A DNA stretch of 62,924 bases, filler included, from Lenisia limosa (Eukaryota > Protista > Breviatea): the NCBI GenBank assembly GCA_001655205.1. It is 14 parts of 14 records of this genome, joined end to end, with 100 filler letters (N's around TTAATTAATTAA, not from the genome) between each part and the next. Parts side by side here need not be neighbours in the genome. Positions count along the whole stretch, not along the records: positions 38,955 to 45,928 come from LPNZ01005241.1; positions 46,029 to 49,889 come from LPNZ01008270.1; positions 49,990 to 53,238 come from LPNZ01006063.1; 11 more parts are not named here. The stretch is one strand, 5' to 3'. The notes beneath the pieces were generated by a model that made no database searches, was not told the origin of the DNA, and was given only the letters and a program-made list of their open reading frames with translations. The position numbers and the translations under genes were made by a program. Positions 40,332 to 52,800 of this stretch are shown piece after piece (within the stretch, counting starts at the first letter, position 1; the number at the start of each line of letters is the position of its first letter).

Positions 40332-43300
40332 CATCTTGGTCCATGTAGTCCTCAAGTACGATTCTTTTCGCGCGGCCCTAAAAGAATAAATCACCTGATG
40401 ATACGTCAGTTTAACTCTAAATTGAGACTTTTGAGGATTATATTGTAAATTCCAGACACTTTGATTTCAAACTTTTAATCAATTTCTTCAAAAAAAACAA
40501 TGGTACACATAAATAAAAATCAGAATGGTATTTTTATACCATATTACGCGGATAGTGGTTCACCACTTCACCACAAACAGAAAAATTTAGCAATGAGAAA
40601 TAAAAAAAAAAGTTGTATCTGACCGAAGGCACATACACATTAATACTCCCTTTGAAATAAAACTACCCCCACCGTGTGATCAGGACAGAATCCCGACGGG
40701 CTGAGAGCGTCATCGCATCTACATAGTGAAGGGCAGAGAGAGGAACTATCATGTGGGCGTCTGTGTGTGATGGGGAGCGGGCAGAGTATGTCTAAATCTC
40801 CTGTATGTTTGTGGGGAGTGGGGAGGCGGGATTGTGCAGAAAAAAAGAAGACTGAACACTACGTCAACAAGTCCTGCTGTTTTTTGTTTTTTTTTTCAAC
40901 AAAATAAAAGATAAATAATATATATACTATATGCATATACAATATCNNNNNNNNNNNNNNNNNNNNNNNNNNNNNNNNNNNNNNNNNNNNNNNNNNNNNN
41001 NNNNNNNNNNNNNNNNNNNNNNNNNNNNNNNNNNNNNNNNNNNNNNNNNNNNNNNNNNNNNNNNNNNNNNNNNNNNNNNNNNNNNNNNNNNNNNNNNNNN
41101 NNNNNNNNNNNNNNNNNNNNNNNNNNNNNNNNNNNNNNNNNNNNNNNNNNNNNNNNNNNNNNNNNNNNNNNNNNNNNNNNNNNNNNNNNNNNNNNNNNNN
41201 NNNNNNNNCCACCCGCAGTCACAACAGCCGCCAAGATGGGACCTGTCCAAGGTGTAGTTGTGATCCTGATGATCGCCTTTGGTGAAGCAGTCCGCACAAA
41301 TGGCACTGAAAGGTCACGGGAGTAGTAAATGGTTCTCATATAATACATATATATATATGCATATGATATACAGTAGTATGATATACATGTACATAAATAT
41401 ATATCTAGATATGCATGTAGTATATACATTATTATTGTATATGAATAGCAAATAAAAAACAAGGTTACATCTAGCCGAAGCCGCCCACATCATCACGCTT
41501 ATAAGAGATATTGCATTTAGTATAATGTTAATTACCCAATCTTTTGCCTTACAACTCTGTGCACACAGCTTCCTGCGTACCTCATACTTAGTGTGCTTTC
41601 AGTGTTTATTCTTGATATTCTCAGCTTTCTCGACACCATATGCATTTCATATCAAAGTGTTATTGGCATTGCATCCTTCCTGCACTCTGGTGGAGAGATT
41701 GTTGACCTCTCCTGTACAACTACCCTCACCCCAATGTATCAATGCACTCCCATCTTATAGTCCTTATCAATACCCTTCCACCTTGATGGAGAGACTTGGC
41801 AGGTGTGACAACGATAGAAGATCGCATTGGCGGACTAAAACATCACAATAATGTTTTTGCTATAAAGTCCCTATTGAAACTAGCAGATTCGTGACAGTAT
41901 AGTGTGGAACGTTAGGGCTTCCCTGCGGTCCAAAAAGACCGTCAAATCGATATTTATCGAAGATTTATCGAGAATTTCAGTCTTTTTAGGGACCATAGGA
42001 ATCCCTGGATGCGTCACATCAGTTTACCAGACAAATGCGCAATATTATAAATGCTGGTCAACAACCTAACCCCTTCACAACGTAAAATTAACAAATAAAC
42101 TCAAAATTATATTGTGACTGTGAGGGCTTCACTTCGGTTCGAACAAAGACTGAATTTCTCGATAAATCCTCGATAAATACCGATATTTTAATGGTATTTT
42201 TCGAACCGAAATGAAGCCCTAGTGACTATTTGGTTGCTCTTTGAGTTGACAACCTGCCACAAAAAGACTGTGATACATTCGAAATGCGCTCATTATCAAA
42301 TTGATTGTGATTGTATGACATTATCAAAAGGATTGTATATGTGAGCTGACCGAAGCCGTCCACATACCATATTTCTTCATATATCGCAATATGTGACCGT
42401 GATATAAGTCTTGACAGATTTTCCTTGGAAAACCACATAGCGAATCGGTCAAGACTTATCTGGTCACTTACATATCGATACTATAAAGTATAGAAATGAG
42501 AAATAAACCAAGAAGTGTCTGGTCAAAGCCATCCATGAGAAATACAACAAGAAGTGTCCAGCCTACCCAGACAGTGGAGCAAGTTGGAGGGGGGCGGTAG
42601 AGGCGTTCGAAGAAAAGGTCGGGAGCTTGGCCTTCTGAGAGGACAAAGGAGGCCAGGTTCAGGGCTGGAGGAGGTGGTGTAAAATTGGAAAATTTATGAA
42701 ACAAAAAAGCCCAGAATCAACTCTGATAGCTGACAACACACGAGGGTTGATNNNNNNNNNNNNNNNNNNNNNNNNNNNNNNNNNNNNNNNNNNNNNNNNN
42801 NNNNNNNNNNNNNNNNNNNNNNNNNNNNNNCTCTTGGGCTTTCTAAACTCTCACTCCAACACTATCGCGAGGTTTTGCTTCTCTCTTTTGTTTCCTATTC
42901 AAAAACAGTAGCCTTATCCACCCATCAAAAATGACCATATCAATCCTACCAGTATCTGTTGGCAGATCGTGCAGAGTGTCCGAAATGAACTTCGATATTA
43001 AATGGGGGTGCGAACCAACAAACTACACATAGTTACAATAACTACATTAATAACTTGGGGATAATAAACAATCTATAACACGGCAGAAAACTATATCATA
43101 TATATTCTATGAAATAACAATAACATGGCGATAAACAACAAATAGAAAAAATAACATGGCGATAACTATATTACAAATAACATTAGGATAATAAAAGGTG
43201 AAGGATACGAGGAAGAATATTGTCTAAAAGGCATGATGGTGAGGACAAAACAGAGTTTTGTCTGTTTTGTTGACTAATGAAATAAAATAATAATAAATAA

Positions 43301-43517
43301 AAAAGATTGGGTAACAAGAGATCAAGTGAAAAATAATAAGAAAAATGAACCTCAATACACTTTACATGTATGAGTTGTGTAAGAGCAAAAGGAAAGAAAG
43401 ACAATAACTGAAACTCAGATCTCCAAAAGACACAATGCTCACTTTGCCAGCTTCCGTGGGGTTAGCTGAAAGGCTAACCGCATGGGCAATTTCCTCCTCG
43501 AAAGAAGGCTTGTCCAT
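40332..43517 (-). CDS. UBR-box (N-recognin type zinc finger) protein, UBR1/PRT6-like N-terminus
   Basis: Spliced reading PPPTCSTVW|SANAIFYRCHTCQVSPSS|AICADCFTKGDHQDHNYTLDRSHLGGCCDCG|CDDALSPSGFCPDHT has the full UBR-box Cys/His pattern. Start codon is tentative (MDKPSFEEE). Confidence 0.85.
41915..42005. mobile_element. MITE family M1 (GGGCTTCCCT variant)
   Basis: TA|gggcttccctgcggtccaaaaagac...gtctttttagggaccataggaatccc. Confidence 0.75.
42124..42219. mobile_element. MITE family M1, full copy
   Basis: gggcttcacttcggttcgaa...ttcgaaccgaaatgaagccc|TA. Confidence 0.9.
42393..42467. mobile_element. MITE family M2
   Basis: gtgacc..ataagtcttgacagatt...aatcggtcaagacttatctggtcac. Confidence 0.8.
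42665..42734 (-). repeat. 70-nt GT-AG intron made entirely of the A-type intron-end repeat
   Basis: GTCAGCTATCAGAGTTGATTCTGGGCTTTTTTGTTTCATAAATTTTCCAATTTTACACCACCTCCTCCAG. Near-copies end introns at about 5770-5810, 24247-24294, 30290-30335, 31005-31050, 32100-32163, 37890-37955, 45366-45413 and 54415-54481. Confidence 0.85.
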
Positions 43518-46414
43518 GCCTGAAAGGCGGGCTAGACAGGATATGGCGAAGGGCTAGCGACTCAGCGCCAAGCTACAACTGCAAAAACGAATCCAGCGAG
43601 ATTTACATCGTGTTTTCCCTTTCTTTGATTTATTTCAATGAAGTATCTTGTTTAGTAATGGTTTTGAGACAAAATGCCATCAATTCCTCACACGATCCTA
43701 AAAATAACGACGGCGGCGCGTTCATTTTGAACGCAAAATTTCAGCCAACCAGACCAGCTTCTCTGCCTCCTCCCCATCTAGAACACTACCATCATCCTTT
43801 AAACCCGTGTAGAAGACAGCTCTGAAGGGAATCAAACAGCCATTCGCCACGACTCCTCAGCATTGGTGATCCTGGCGTGCCAAGAGATCAGGCTGAGAAC
43901 ACGTGAAATGTGGGATGGTCTTGAGGACTGAGGCTCAGATTTTTTATGTTCGCGCTTGCTTTTTGAACTGTATTTGCATTTATCTGAGAAGGGGGGAAAT
44001 ATGCATTGATTCAAGACGAGGGAAACAAATACAGAGGACCATATGATGAAGGCGTCTTGAAGGGTCTTGGTCTCTTCATCTTGGAAATGATACACGGACT
44101 TTACAGGGGAGCTAAGATGGTTATGCCCTCGCAGACATATTGAACAGCTAAAAATAAATGTAAATGGCAATTAGATTTATAAACGCATAGAATGAGCTCA
44201 CACATGAATAACCTTATTGAATTGTTGGCATCACCCCTCAGATCCCACTGGGAGCAACGTTCGACTAATATCCCGCCATAGAGGAGGGCCTGAGGGCCCA
44301 CGCCTCAGGTAAACTAAATGTTTTGGGGGAAGGGGGCAATGTTAGAGGAGAGGTCTGTCACATTTCAGCCACCACATGCCATATTCCTTCCTTACCATCA
44401 CATGGCTTATTTATTCCTTACCATCAAGCATGGCGCCTACCAGCGCCAAGTGCTGGAAGTGCAAACAGGATAATGGAAACAAAACTCTTATCTGTCCCGA
44501 ATCCAGGGTATGAAGTTTCTTTATGCTTCCTTGTCTTATGAAGATAATGATGATTTTGTAATGATGTGAAGAGATCTCTTCCTGACTACAATAACCTCCT
44601 AAATTGGTTCTTCTAGACTAAAATAACCTGTTAAACAGGCTTCAAATGATCACACCTTCTCCAATAATATGTTAATAGTTAAAGGCCTTTTAGTTTAATC
44701 TTCTATATTCACCGTTAAGGCCTTTTAGTTATAAGTGCGTCATTGATTAATCCCTTTCAGGTTTCCATCATTTTTGATAAAGCAGCAAAATGGTCAGTGC
44801 GCTTCAGCACCAATGTCACTTTAGTTGGTGGGATAGTATATCATATGTGGTTCTGAAAAAGACCGAATTCTCGAGAAATCCTAGATCTTAGTCTTTGTTT
44901 TGTAACGAAGGAAGGGATATTCTATTCCATGGTTATTTTAAAGGCATGTATAATATAGTACTATGTGTATCATATATTATATGATATGCATCTATCTACA
45001 TGATTTCGGATCTTCATTTCTCTTATTATACATCTATCTTATATAATTGAACTATTACAATCTTTTTCTGTTGAGAGTCATATCAATCATTGATATTGCA
45101 CATTGTTTGTTTCTTTTGTTTGTTTTTGTTGGTTAGTTCTAGAATTTTCATTTTTTTGATNNNNNNNNNNNNNNNNNNNNNNNNNNNNNNNNNNNNNNNN
45201 NNNNNNNNNNNNNNNNNNNNNNNNNNNNNNNNNNNNNNNNNNNNNNNNNNNNNNNNNNNNNNNNNNNNNNNNNNNNNNNNNNNNNNNNNNNNNNNNNNNN
45301 NNNNNNNNNNNNNNNNNNNNNNNNNNNNNNNNNNNNNNNNNNNNNNNNNNNNNNNNNNNNNNNNNTTTGGGATTTTGTTGTTTCATATATTTTCCAATTT
45401 CACTCCCCCTTAGTCAATGGAAAATCTTAAGGTCATTCCAATGGATAGTGCCGTACTGCTGCATGTTGATGACATGACTGAGGTGGGCGTAAAGGGTTAT
45501 GGATGAGAGGGGTGTGGATGGTATGTAGTATTGTTCAAATGCTATCATAATCATATAGTTTTTTATTTTTTGTATCTTACTTGGTTGATGTCATATTCCT
45601 TTACCTTAACATATAATACAATATTTGATTATTATAATATAGTATTAGTATAGTATATCATATCTAATATATTGGTGTATTTTTTATTATCTTGCTCTTA
45701 AAATACATCAGAATATATCATCCACACACGATATACTCAGTTCAACCACTGGATCGTTGTGATCCTAGTCTGCAACAATATACTCCTGAGTAACTAACTT
45801 GTTCAGAAAACACAAGTGCCTCTCGAGTTTTTCGGGTTTTTGGAGTTCACACAGAAAGTGGCGGTGACAATGACTCCTTACTACAACAAATGTCATAGCT
45901 ATTTAACCGACAACGTTGACCATTCCTTNNNNNNNNNNNNNNNNNNNNNNNNNNNNNNNNNNNNNNNNNNNNTTAATTAATTAANNNNNNNNNNNNNNNN
46001 NNNNNNNNNNNNNNNNNNNNNNNNNNNNGAAAATATGATGAAACAAAAACCTCAGGATTAAGGGGTGGACATTACAAATTGGGGAATAGCATGAATGATA
46101 TCAAAATAGTTGAGAATACATCACTCATACATTAAATTGGGAAAATAGCAATCAAAACAAATAACAACAGAAATGTGCGAACGGATGGAAATTATGAACA
46201 ACACAAGTTGAATTACTTCTGAATATGCAAGAAATTAAACAAAACAGTATCTGTATTGGAAACTGGGGATGGAATAAACAGAGGGACGAAGGATCATAAA
46301 ACGGTGATAGAAGATTTAGGAAAAGGAAACTCAACCAAACCCTACATCCCGTCCGTAATCAATTACTAACATAATATGTGACTCAGGGAAGCTAACCCAC
46401 TTGCTGAAGGACAT

Positions 46415-47547
46415 TACGGATAGGGTTGATCAGTTTCGGGCTATTTTCGTCATACTCATTATGGCAGTTGGTTGCCTGCATACTGTTCTAAGAATAAAGA
46501 AGAAAAAGAAGATGAGACGAGAATTGAGAAGAAAAGATGGAAAAGAGGGTATGAAAAGGACAAAAAAGGTACGCCACCTCGCGCCCACGTATCTCTTTCT
46601 CTCGGTTCCCAGTCCCAGGGGTCCATCTTCTCCCTCTCCATTTCATTCCGTATCCACAAATAGAGACTGTTCGTTTTTTACGATTGTTTATTCAAGGTCC
46701 AACTGGCTAACGTCCTTCCANNNNNNNNNNNNNNNNNNNNNNNNNNNNNNNNNNNNNNNNNNNNNNNNNNNNNNNNNNNNNNNNNNNNNNNNNNNNNNNN
46801 NNNNNNNNNNNNNNNNCAAGCGCTATAACTCTATCAGTCTCAGCCCAGAATTGGAACCGGAACCTCACAGCGTCAGATCCAAATCATGTTCAAAATGCAA
46901 GGTATGACTTGATGTTCATTTCAATTACGTTTATTGGCGTGACGTGATGTTTCCTAATCTATTTTTCACCTCACATATCTAATTAATTCAACACATTCCT
47001 GATTTGTAAGGCATACCATCTCCAATCTCTCCTAGAAAATAACAATAATAACAACGTCATATCATTATTATTATTATTAACAAAATTCCCATTATTATTA
47101 TCAAGATCACCATCAAAATCATCATGTCATCCTCCTCAATCCCACTTACGACAGCATCATCATCGTCATCATCCTCAATCTAGTCAATATTACCTTACAT
47201 GTACTGACCATGATAAGTTGTTTGCTGTAAAGTCTCTATTGGAACTAGGATCATAGAAATCCGGCGGTTGACAGAAACAGAATACGGAATTGGATATTGA
47301 GCTTTATCTTTGATCAGTTGTGCCAGGACGTTGTACATATAATACCATAAAAATGGATATTTGTCCCATTTATTTATTATTATTATTTCATATGTATGCT
47401 CTATTTCAGTGCACTCCTCACTCCGCTCCCACAGGAAAAGCCATCATCATTGACGATGAGGAAGTGATGGTGAGGGACCAGATGACAATGGACCGAAAAA
47501 TGGACATCAACAAGGCAAAATGCTTCCGTCATTGCGACTCCGGCAAG
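46415..47547 (+). CDS. Hypothetical protein with Cys motifs, partial
   Basis: GT-AG exons WLPAYCSKNKEEKEDETRIEKKRWKRG, ...RSKSCSKCK|gtatga and CTPHSAPTGKAIIIDDEEVMVRDQ...KCFRHCDSGK|gt. Confidence 0.4.
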
Positions 47548-47806
47548 GTTGGGGGTTGGTATCATTTTGAGTCATTTTCACACGTGTGAAAGCTCATCTT
47601 CACTCGTGGATTAATTGAAAGATCACATAGCAAATTGCGCAAATTCAAAGATCACGTAACAAACTGCACATGCATTTGGACGATCTTCTTTCATCAATTC
47701 GACTCAAAATCCGTATTTTCACCAAATAGGAAACCGAAGACTTTGAGGAACTTCAAGAAGGGCAAAAATATGAGCTGGTCAAGAAGGAGGTGTGTGTGTT
47801 TTCCTA

Positions 47807-47897
47807 CACAACGGCGCATCGACTTAGGATTTTACATGGAAATCCCATGTAATTTTATGGATAATACAAAGGAATCCGAAGTTGATGCGCCGCAGTG
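47807..47897. mobile_element. MITE family M4
   Basis: TA|CACAACGGCGCATCGACTTAGGATT...AATCCGAAGTTGATGCGCCGCAGTG inverted arms. A second, right-truncated copy lies at about 48407-48465. Confidence 0.7.
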
Positions 47898-48869
47898 ATG
47901 ATATCCAATAGCCCAAGCGTGGTGGTGGATGTCTTCAGCCAGTTCCCTTGTTTTATTGCTCATCTTTACATTACCCAACTGCATGGCACAATTGACACTT
48001 CAAACGATAATTCCGTGTGCATACATATAATTCGATTAGTATATGATAGCTATATGAAATGCTGTCAGTTTAATAGATATTTACATGTCTCTTTTATCTC
48101 AATCTTGAACCGCCTGATTGTTTCAGTGAGTCTGCTGTGAAAGTAATATAGAGATATAATGTATTTAAGCTGTTTTAAGCAAATTGTGGAGGGAGCTGTG
48201 TGGTTGTGGTAAATGATTGGGGAAAATATCTATTCAGTGGATTGGTTTGGCCAATGAATATTGCAAGAGATGATTCGTCCACATCTGCACTTTTTTCGAG
48301 ACGAATCCTCAAGAACAAAATTACAAAATGAAAGGGTCATTTTTGCAACTGCATACGTTTTTTTCAAGATCCACCTGGGCAAACGCCGAATTTTGGTCTT
48401 TTTTCCTAGACAACGGCGCATTGACTTAGGATTTTACATGGAAATCCCATGTAATTTATGGAAATTTGAAGTATAGGATTCCCAGATAAAAAAAGGGTTA
48501 ATTGTGGGGGCGGCATCCAACAAAATGTGCCCAAATAGAGCTTTAGAAGCTGCTCCTGGAGACCAACAAAATTCCAATGTGTGCGAAATAGAATAAAATA
48601 CATTACCTTGTTGGTCCACAACACACACATCAAACGCAAAACAGAAAAGGAAACAATGCAAAAAGCCCTGTTACACTGAGACAGGGGGTACTGGCTGATC
48701 TTGAGGAACAAATTTCTGGACAGATAAAATACTAATAACCGCAAAGCTGAACCGATTACTTCAATATTCCATTGAATGGTGATATTTGCGACTCCAACCA
48801 ATTAATTGAGAATTGTCAAAATTTGGAGATATATTGTACCCAGGTCGCCATTTAAGACATATTAATGCC

Positions 48870-49590
48870 CCCCCCCCACCTCTAGAACCTTGTTGGCGGT
48901 TTTCGAGAGGCCTTCGTGTTTAACAGACTGCACCAATGACGAAAATCGAACCTAAACGTCAGACTCAGCCAGATACATGACGGAATATTTTGAACAAGTC
49001 TCGAAAATTATCGATTTTGACAAAATATTATGCAAACTAGAGTGCATACACCGCATAGCATATGCTACCTTTAGAATATTATATCTCTGTGTGTGCCTTG
49101 TGTATGTGCCAGTAACATACAGGGGAAACTTCGGGGACAGAATCGTGGACGGTGTCGTAGAGGTGAATGAAGGCGGCTTGGCAGGCAAAGACCACGGACG
49201 TTAGGAAGGCCACCTTTGGGGATAAAAGAAGGGCGAAAGCGGGGGGGGGGGGCAGNNNNNNNNNNNNNNNNNNNNNNNNNNNNNNNNNNNNNNNNNNNNN
49301 NNNNNNNNNNNNNNNNNNNNNNNNNNNNNNNNNNNNNNNNNNNNNNNNNNNNNNNNNNNNNNNNNNNNNNNNNNNNNNNNNNNNNNACAAAAGCCCAAAT
49401 CAGCTCAGTCGCTTCAGTAGCACCGCATCCCATCACTTCGGCGTACAGGAAGAGTTTATCAAATATTCTCTTAAAAAAAAAGTAAGCCAGCCAACAGTAT
49501 ACTCCATGTAGATATACGCCTTGACATGGAACACTAGAAGGGCAAGTACGCCCCAGCTTGACAAATATCGGCCGATTAGCCGGCGCAAGT
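48870..49590 (-). CDS. Hypothetical membrane protein, partial
   Basis: Exons EMRNLRRLIGRYLSSWGVLALLVFHVKAYIYME|gtatac and VAFLTSVVFACQAAFIHLYDTVHDSVPEVSP|gtatgt. Confidence 0.4.
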
Positions 49591-51194
49591 TCCGCATTTC
49601 TATAGTAGGGTTAGAATTGTGATGGTGTATGGGTGGGTAGGCTTGCACAATAACCATAATTAACTCTGCTGGTGGGGGTGGGGGTGGAACGAAGGAAATT
49701 CCGATGAAAATATTGGCGTAAAGGTACTAATCACGAACCGAATAGTGGAATTTATGTTAGTCGGAGAATGGGAGTAAGTTTCGCATTACTCTTGTTGGGT
49801 TGGGGAGGGGGGGAGAAAATTTGAAAAATATTCAATAAACAAAAAGCCCAAAATCAACTCTTTTGGCGGACATGGGTGGGTGGGTTCGTNNNNNNNNNNN
49901 NNNNNNNNNNNNNNNNNNNNNNNNNNNNNNNNNTTAATTAATTAANNNNNNNNNNNNNNNNNNNNNNNNNNNNNNNNNNNNNNNNNNNNTAATGATGCAA
50001 AACAAGACAAAGTTATCAAAAATTTTGTGGGCTCTTTGGGTGAAGTTCCTTTCTTCTTTGATGAAGCTTGACGGACAGCTATATTTGTCAGTGTATATAT
50101 TAAAGTGATAGAAAGCGACCAGCGAAATGAATACCTTGAACTTCAGCCTGTTTCTTCCTCTTCATGTCCTCGAGAAGTCGCTCTTCCCAGTAGGCCGGGG
50201 GGGGTAATTGTTTTTAAGTAGGAAAAGACATTTTCAACAATATCTGTAGATTTAAACCTGTAATTACATGGAGATGCCAAAGCGGCTAGATTATGATGAT
50301 ACCTTAAAGGTCCAATTATTTCAAAATGAAATGTTGCAGAGCTCTTGAAATAGACTGAGGGTCACTTTGGAAGTTCTGTAAAGTTAATTCAGACTCATTG
50401 TCTTCTTCAACTACCTTTTTAAAATTTTTGAGTGTTCGCTCTCATCTCTTTTGGCACCATTTGTTCCTCTTTTAAAAACATGCCCAAGTCAACAAGTGTA
50501 AAATGTTCAAAATAGTTTTCTTCTATTTTTAAATCCAACTGGGGAAACTGGAGGAATGTTTTCAAATTCAACTGGTATTTCAAGCAATTGTCGCTCTCTG
50601 CTCGGCCTCACTGGAAGCGGGATTTCACTTTTGGAAGATTTTAACCGTTCATTGACAATACAGGCAACTAATTCGCCATCTGAAATTATGGAAAGAGTCA
50701 ACAATAATGATCCCCATTCTCTCAAAACCACAGATCTCTCAGGGTTTCAATTATCCTTCCGTCAGAGGAAGTTAGCTGTTTGGATCGACCAAACCCATCT
50801 TCCCCGGCAATAAGTCAAATACATGGAAAGGAAGGGTGAGTGGAAAGAAAAGTGGTAATTTTTGACAAATAGTGCGGTAACCTGGTAAAAACATCTATCA
50901 TACTCTGGTCTTTTTGATCCTGGACCTGAGTATAGCATACAACAGGCATCATTGAACAGCATTTTAAATATAAACATTGACTTTTGTTGCAGGTACAAAC
51001 TGCAGTTGTTTTGAAAGCTGAACTGAATAACACAGGTTTTTTAAGGTTTCTTCGGGAGATAGAGACAGAGAGAAAGTTAAATTGGGAACAAAAGGTTCTG
51101 AATACATCATAAATAGTCGATTTTTCATGAAGTTTGACAGGAAGGCCACAATAGACGGTCATAAATGAATTTTGTAACTTCGTTAACTCTTGAG

Positions 51195-52515
51195 TTAGCT
51201 CTGTTTGCTATCCCTTGTATAAGAGAATGTTTCCATTTTTAACCTTTTACTTTGGTTTTTCACAAGACGGTCCATCCAATTTTTTTTTTTTTTTTTTTNN
51301 NNNNNNNNNNNNNNNNNNNNNNNNNNNNNNNNNNNNNNNACAGTCACGGTTTCAGAGAATTTGACAAAAATGGCGCCTTGGCAACGGTTTAAAGGCTTTT
51401 GTAAATCTTTTGTGGTTGAAAGTACACAGGTTTGAACCAGCATCTGAACCAAGTACCCAAGTATTGGAAAAAAGTCGAAAATTACATGATATAAAGGCAC
51501 TTGGCCTCACACACCCAAGTTCCTTTGATAGTGGAAACCAGAAGATCCAAAGATGCGGTCAGAACAAAATTTTCATCATTTTCATGGGCTTTTGCAGTTA
51601 ATGAGCCAATTGAAAAAAAAGTGGGGTTTTCCAAAAATCTATGGATTCCTTTTACAACCGCCGAAAGTACCGCATTTCCTTCATTTTTATGACCGTGTTC
51701 AAATAATGTCTCAAGCTGATTTGTTTTTCTGTTCATAGTATTTTTTTGAACGACGAAGATCTTCAAATTCTTTTTCTAACTTCTCACGCAAAACAACAAT
51801 TTTTTCGGTTTTTTCTTTTGTTTTGGGGTCTTTCCCTTGCAAAATACTCCTATCTTTGTATGCTTGATAGTTATAAGAATGATAAAAAAAATATCGGCAG
51901 CGCTTTTATTGGATGTTACAAATAGTTAACAAATAGAATATCACTTGCATAAGAGGCATTGATTCTTTCAAATCTAAAATTTTTCCAGCAATCGCTACCC
52001 TGCCTTCGAGTATGGTCTGGAAACGAGTCACTGTCTTGTAAATCTTTGATTTTGTTTGCTGATAAACATGATGATGAAATCTCATCCTTTTGTGAGAATA
52101 ATGATAAAGCGGAAAATGGAATTACATCAGAAAATTGTTTTTCTAAAAGCCTCATAAAGGAATAAATTACTGAAACTGCCTCATGGCATTGGCTAATTTT
52201 TGATGACAATGTTAAAATGTTACGCTGACGCTCACTAGTTAAACATTTTGAAACAGAAAGTGATATACTAAAGGGCTCAGAAAAAAAAACTAAGTTCTTT
52301 GTAAGCAGCAGGGTTTTGAATCGCTTCAACAAAACATCTTCATCTTCTTCTTCCGAATCAAAATCCTCTTCATCAATCATTTCAACCACGTTTTGATCAT
52401 TTTCATTTTCTAGAAAAAACTGCTCAAAAACATCAACTTCTACATCCTGTTCTTCGTTTTCAGAGTCTTCATTGCTACTTTCTTCACTATCACTAAGTTG
52501 TCTAGCCATTTTCAA
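51195..52515 (-). pseudogene. Degenerate intronless YqaJ/lambda-exonuclease (PD-(D/E)xK) gene, probably of transposon or viral origin
   Basis: Three consecutive ORFs carry motifs in canonical order: TRRQGSDCWKNFRFERINAS (Q-x-S..W...R..RITAS), HGHKNEGNA (G...E..A), LTASLDLLV (ASPDG), VCEAKCLY (EIKCP) and YLVQMLVQ (Y..Q.Q.Q). They are separated by frameshifts or stops. Confidence 0.78.
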
Positions 52516-52758
52516 AAGCCTGGTTTTTTTTACATTCCCTTTTTTCTAGCATGACATTGCCTTACTACCAAAAAGAGACACAAGAGCCACTGCAAATAAT
52601 TTCATTTTATAACTATGAACGTAACTTAACCCTAACTATTGTAAAGCAGAATTTTTAGTGTGTTCATGCACCAGTTCATGGTCTTTATCCAGTCCTTCAA
52701 TAAGTGACCCAGGATCAGAGGGTTTAATTCTAACACATGGAGGACGTGAAGGGTATTC

Positions 52759-52800
52759 AAACCACTTTCTCAGATAAAAAGGGATCTGAGAAAGTGGTTT
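52759..52800. repeat. Perfect 17-bp inverted repeat with 8-nt loop
   Basis: AAACCACTTTCTCAGAT-aaaaaggg-ATCTGAGAAAGTGGTTT. Confidence 0.95.

Noticed and set aside
41210-41850. Plus-strand exons continuing the HAMP gene (e.g. LPAYLILSVLSVF...)
   Set aside because: The minus strand here encodes an unambiguous UBR-box. The plus readings lack consistent phases, although interleaving cannot be fully excluded.
43463-43482. GGTTAGC-tgaaag-GCTAACC hairpin
   Set aside because: The 7-bp stem lies inside a coding exon and is expected by chance.
44015-44085. MORN-like peptide EGNKYRGPYDEGVLKGLGLF
   Set aside because: It is a single weak repeat with no convincing splice boundaries.
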